Shown here: piece after piece, positions 60,678 through 64,000 of the stretch | Position numbering within the stretch: the stretch's first letter is position 1 | How the letters are laid out: each line of letters starts with the position of its first letter | NCBI GenBank assembly: GCA_963719945.1 | Contig: CAVRDX010000001.1 | Span: forward strand, 320,001 to 384,000 | Source: an uncultured Thermoplasmata archaeon | Lineage (GTDB): Archaea; Thermoplasmatota; Thermoplasmata; UBA10834 | DNA length: 64,000 bases | Reading direction: 5' to 3' | Translations under genes and position numbers: made by a program | The notes under the pieces: model-generated | Database searches by the model: none | Seen by the model: only the letters and a program-made list of their open reading frames with translations | What the model was told of the DNA's origin: nothing

Positions 60678-60790
60678 AGGTGCCCATGCATGCCTTCCGA
60701 AGGCAAGCCCTTCCTTTCCCTCTTTCTGAAGTGTGAGGCCTCAGGATATTCCCTGCCTCTTTCCAAGGCTTCCGTTCCCCACTTGGAACA

Positions 60791-61192
60791 TTATCGATTA
60801 CGCATCTTGTCTGCAGTACGACCCATCCCTTTTTTCGTACTGCGTTCGTCCATCGCCTCTGTGATCTTCTGGCGTAGGCGTTCCCTGCCCTCGAGATAGT
60901 ATTGCTTCCTATCATCGACCCATCCGGCAAGGGCGGTCGTGACTGCCTGCGATATGTCAGTCGCATCCCCACTGGCAATGAACATCTCGACGTCCTCGGC
61001 GAGTGCCGAAGGGACAATCGCAGTGACCTTCTCGGAGTTCCATGTAACTGCTTCGTCGTGAAGGTATGCTGAGATTGCCTCTCTAACTACATCTGAGACG
61101 CTCTGCAGGCCCGTCCGCTCTCTGATTGCCTCTAGTTCCCTAAGATCATCATCGGGCACTCGGACATTGATGCGCGCAGTCTTCGTAGTCAT
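60791..61192 (-). CDS. Double ribbon-helix-helix (CopG/CdrS-like) regulator
   Basis: RINVRVP...SVSDVVREAI and a second repeat KVTAIVP...DISQAVTTAL. Confidence 0.82.
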   Translation of the reverse strand: MTTKTARINVRVPDDDLRELEAIRERTGLQSVSDVVREAISAYLHDEAVTWNSEKVTAIVPSALAEDVEMFIASGDATDISQAVTTALAGWVDDRKQYYLEGRERLRQKITEAMDERSTKKGMGRTADKMRNR

Positions 61193-61207
61193 TGTAACTC
61201 GGAGCCT

Positions 61208-61237
61208 TGTACGACAGATTGTCGCACAGTATATAAA
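61208..61237 (-). promoter_or_regulatory. TATA box with adjacent palindromic operator
   Basis: Minus-strand TTTATATA (61230-61237) followed by TGTGCGACA-atc-TGTCGTACA (8/9 inverted repeat) ahead of the RHH ATG. Confidence 0.6.
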
Positions 61238-61430
61238 TACATATCTGGTAAAAATGGTACCTTCGTTTCCACTGTTTCGAGTGGAACTTCAAGAACCTGC
61301 AAAGATCAATCCGATTTGCCAACGTCAGAATGTTTGATAGCGCTCTTGCCGAGTTTGACAACATTTCCGTAGGAACTAGTCTATTTTCTGGGTGCATAAT
61401 TTTTTAATCTACGATTGTTTCCCTGACTTC

Positions 61431-62726
61431 GTGCCTTCACCAAGAGAGATTGCGCAGTCGATAAGGGTCATCACTCGCAAACACAATCAATGGTTCAAAG
61501 ATTCGATCCCGCTGATCGCGTCCGAGAATGTTATGAGTCCAGCCGCAAGGGAAGTAATGAATTCTGACCTGCACAATAGATATGCGGAAGGACTGCCAGG
61601 GAAGCGATACTATCAGGGCAACATATTCGTGGACGAGATAGAGGTGATCTGCGAGGACCTCGCCAAGGAGGTCTTCGGATGCAGGTTCGCGGATGTCCGG
61701 CCCACATCCGGCACCGTATCGAACCTCGCCGTCCTCATGGCCATTGCCAAGCCCCGTGACAAGATGACGACTGTGGCCCTCTCCGATGGGGGTCATATCT
61801 CACATGCCAAGATCGGTGCGACTGGTCTTCGTGGCGTTAAGACATTCAACTATCCGTTCGATGAAAAGTCGATGAACATCGATGTTGCAGGGGCCAAGAA
61901 GCTCATACGTGAGGTCAAACCGAGGGTGGCTCTATTCGGCCAGTCCGTCTACCTTTTCCCGACACCCCTTGATGATCTGAGAGATGTCATCGAGGAGGTT
62001 GGCTGCACTACATGGTACGATGCTGCCCACGTTCTCGGTCTCATAGCCTCCAAGAGGTTCCAGGACCCGATGAGGCAAGGAATCGATGTCGTGTCTGGAA
62101 GCACTCACAAGACACTCCCTGGCCCACAGCATGGGATGATACTATCCGATTCAGGAAAGGCTGGGTTGGAATCATCCCTCAGACGGGGCGTTTTTCCTGG
62201 GGTGACCAGCAACCACCACTTGCAGTCAGTCGCAGCTCTTGCAATCACTCTTGCGGAGACCAAGGAGTTCGGCGAAGCATACGCGGATCAGACGATACGT
62301 AACGCGAAAGCTCTTGCGCAATCGCTACACACCCGTGGAATGGATGTGCTCTGCGAGCACCTGGGATTCACGGAATCGCACACATTAGTGCTAGATGTTG
62401 AGGAGTTCCATGGCGGTGCAAAGGTCGCGAAAGCATTGGAGCAGGCCAACATCATAGCCAATAAGAATCTCCTGCCCTGGGATTCCGATCCTGTGAGGCC
62501 ATCTGGCATTCGTCTGGGATCACAGGAGGTCACCCGAATCGGCATGAAGGAGAAGGATATGGATATCATCGCAGAGCTGATACACAAAATTGCGGCAAAA
62601 GGCGCTGATCCAGGATCCGTCCGGAATGAAGTTGTCGAATTCAAGAAGGATTTCACCAAGGTCCACTACTGCTACTTCGAGGGGGAAGAGGCATATGACT
62701 ATCCCTCATATGACGGGGACCTCTGA
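61431..62726 (+). CDS. glyA: Serine hydroxymethyltransferase
   Basis: LIASEN, YAEGLPGKRYY, GGHISH, GSTHKTLPGP, SGIRLG. Confidence 0.97.
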   Translation: MPSPREIAQSIRVITRKHNQWFKDSIPLIASENVMSPAAREVMNSDLHNRYAEGLPGKRYYQGNIFVDEIEVICEDLAKEVFGCRFADVRPTSGTVSNLAVLMAIAKPRDKMTTVALSDGGHISHAKIGATGLRGVKTFNYPFDEKSMNIDVAGAKKLIREVKPRVALFGQSVYLFPTPLDDLRDVIEEVGCTTWYDAAHVLGLIASKRFQDPMRQGIDVVSGSTHKTLPGPQHGMILSDSGKAGLESSLRRGVFPGVTSNHHLQSVAALAITLAETKEFGEAYADQTIRNAKALAQSLHTRGMDVLCEHLGFTESHTLVLDVEEFHGGAKVAKALEQANIIANKNLLPWDSDPVRPSGIRLGSQEVTRIGMKEKDMDIIAELIHKIAAKGADPGSVRNEVVEFKKDFTKVHYCYFEGEEAYDYPSYDGDL

Positions 62727-62799
62727 TCAGGCCCCATTTCCGATAAGGATGACTCTAAGTTTATTATCGCTCAGCTGTATCACTGAACTCTGATTAGGG

Positions 62800-63585
62800 A
62801 TGGCAACTAGAATTCGCGTGATACAAGTGGCCATCGCGGCCGTCAACATTCTGATATTCGCATTAGCGTTCACCAGCATATGGCCTTTTCCGAGTGGGGA
62901 TTTCAAGCTCAACCTGCCAGAGTCAGAGGATGTTGAATGGTCCATCGAAGATGGGTTCGTCTACGTATCGGCGCCATATTCCATAGACAACGGTGGGTTC
63001 TATGATGTGAGCGACCTTCAGATTTCGTATGAGGTGACCAACTATACCTCCGCCCTGGTTCATTCTGACACCATCAACATCGGGACGATCTCCGCAGGGG
63101 CCGTGACTTCTGATACGATCGAGTTCTCTTTTCCGCTCAATGATTTCCATAATGCGAGTGTTGTATGGCTGATCTTCAATGACGATTTCCTCAACTTCGC
63201 ACTCGAAGTGTCCTGTTATTACACGATGAAGCTGGTCCATTTCTATGCTGAGTACTCGGTGAGCGTTCCATGGGATGCGCTGATACAGGACATCGGAATT
63301 GACGAGGTCTGGACCGACGGTGCACAGCTCCAAGTGGCCTACCATGCGACCACATCTATGATATTGCATACGCTGGGAAGTACCACTATCATAGCCACCT
63401 TTTACAATGGTAGCTCGTTCCTGGCGCAAGACTCGGATATATTGGTCCTTGGAGAGGCCTATACGGGAACGTTCTCATTCGACCTTCCGTTCAGCTCCAT
63501 CCCAGACCGTATTGTGCTCGAAACCACAATTGTAGGATACCATTTCGTGGAGACAGTTCCATTCGATTCGGGGTGGTTGACTTGA
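62800..63585 (+). CDS. Hypothetical membrane-anchored extracellular protein
   Basis: N-terminal TM followed by a beta-rich acidic domain. Confidence 0.75.
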   Translation: MATRIRVIQVAIAAVNILIFALAFTSIWPFPSGDFKLNLPESEDVEWSIEDGFVYVSAPYSIDNGGFYDVSDLQISYEVTNYTSALVHSDTINIGTISAGAVTSDTIEFSFPLNDFHNASVVWLIFNDDFLNFALEVSCYYTMKLVHFYAEYSVSVPWDALIQDIGIDEVWTDGAQLQVAYHATTSMILHTLGSTTIIATFYNGSSFLAQDSDILVLGEAYTGTFSFDLPFSSIPDRIVLETTIVGYHFVETVPFDSGWLT

Positions 63586-63598
63586 CGGGGGTATCTCC

Positions 63599-64000
63599 AT
63601 GACCCGCAAGAACAGGGTCTCCGATGCAGTGTGGACTGCATTCACAGAGGCGCTCAGATTCGTCATCGTACCCCTCATCCTGGTGGACCTGGTGACGAGC
63701 AATTATCCTCAATTGACCACCGTATTCATGGCGGACATTGAGATGTTGGTCGTGTTCTTCGGCGGGATGATTGTCGCATCGAGCACCCTTGAAGCGGTCC
63801 ATCGCCCTGGTACTTACAAGCGCATGCTGTTCGGCATCACCGCGTTGGTCTTTGTGGGTCTATGGCTATTCATGATCTTCGGTGGCGGCATCGCGCAGTT
63901 CTATTTCGGTCCTTACTTCGTCGAGTTCGATATGACGAAGATTGTGTACATCGTACTCTTCGGTCTATCGTTGAAGAGCCTGCTGATAGTGATGACGTTT
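63599..64000 (+). CDS. Hypothetical membrane protein; runs off the window end
   Basis: Manual translation MTRKNRVSDAVWTAFTEALRFVIVPLILVD..., hydrophobic; GGGGG RBS upstream. Confidence 0.7.
   Translation, partial: MTRKNRVSDAVWTAFTEALRFVIVPLILVDLVTSNYPQLTTVFMADIEMLVVFFGGMIVASSTLEAVHRPGTYKRMLFGITALVFVGLWLFMIFGGGIAQFYFGPYFVEFDMTKIVYIVLFGLSLKSLLIVMTF

Overview
Gene-dense archaeal window. Archaeal markers (Dph5, Trm5, aroA'/aroB', RibL/RibC, Thi4, a heliorhodopsin, GGAGG/GGTGA ribosome-binding sites, TATA promoters) and overall gene content point to a Thermoplasmatota archaeon, plausibly near Methanomassiliicoccales; this placement is inference. Most of it is housekeeping: a 12-gene aspartate-semialdehyde/shikimate/homocysteine operon, carAB, rib genes, glyA, thi4 and transporters. 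Four items stand out. (1) A 1,374-bp TnpB-only element (52213-53586) has terminal inverted repeats and an exact 9-bp target-site duplication, which are DDE-transposon hallmarks that IS200/IS605 elements lack, and its TnpB has a non-canonical RuvC-III. (2) An ECF transporter operon has an S-component, a metallophosphoesterase and a surface protein that together carry five copies of a Cys-less molybdopterin-oxidoreductase-like domain, directly downstream of the heliorhodopsin. (3) A pyrrolysine-free MtmB homolog is paired with a corrinoid protein behind a strong leader hairpin. (4) There are several candidate structured RNAs. A cluster of frameshifts and stops at 10.7-13.9 kb is either real decay or local assembly error. 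No tRNA, rRNA or CRISPR array was recognised.
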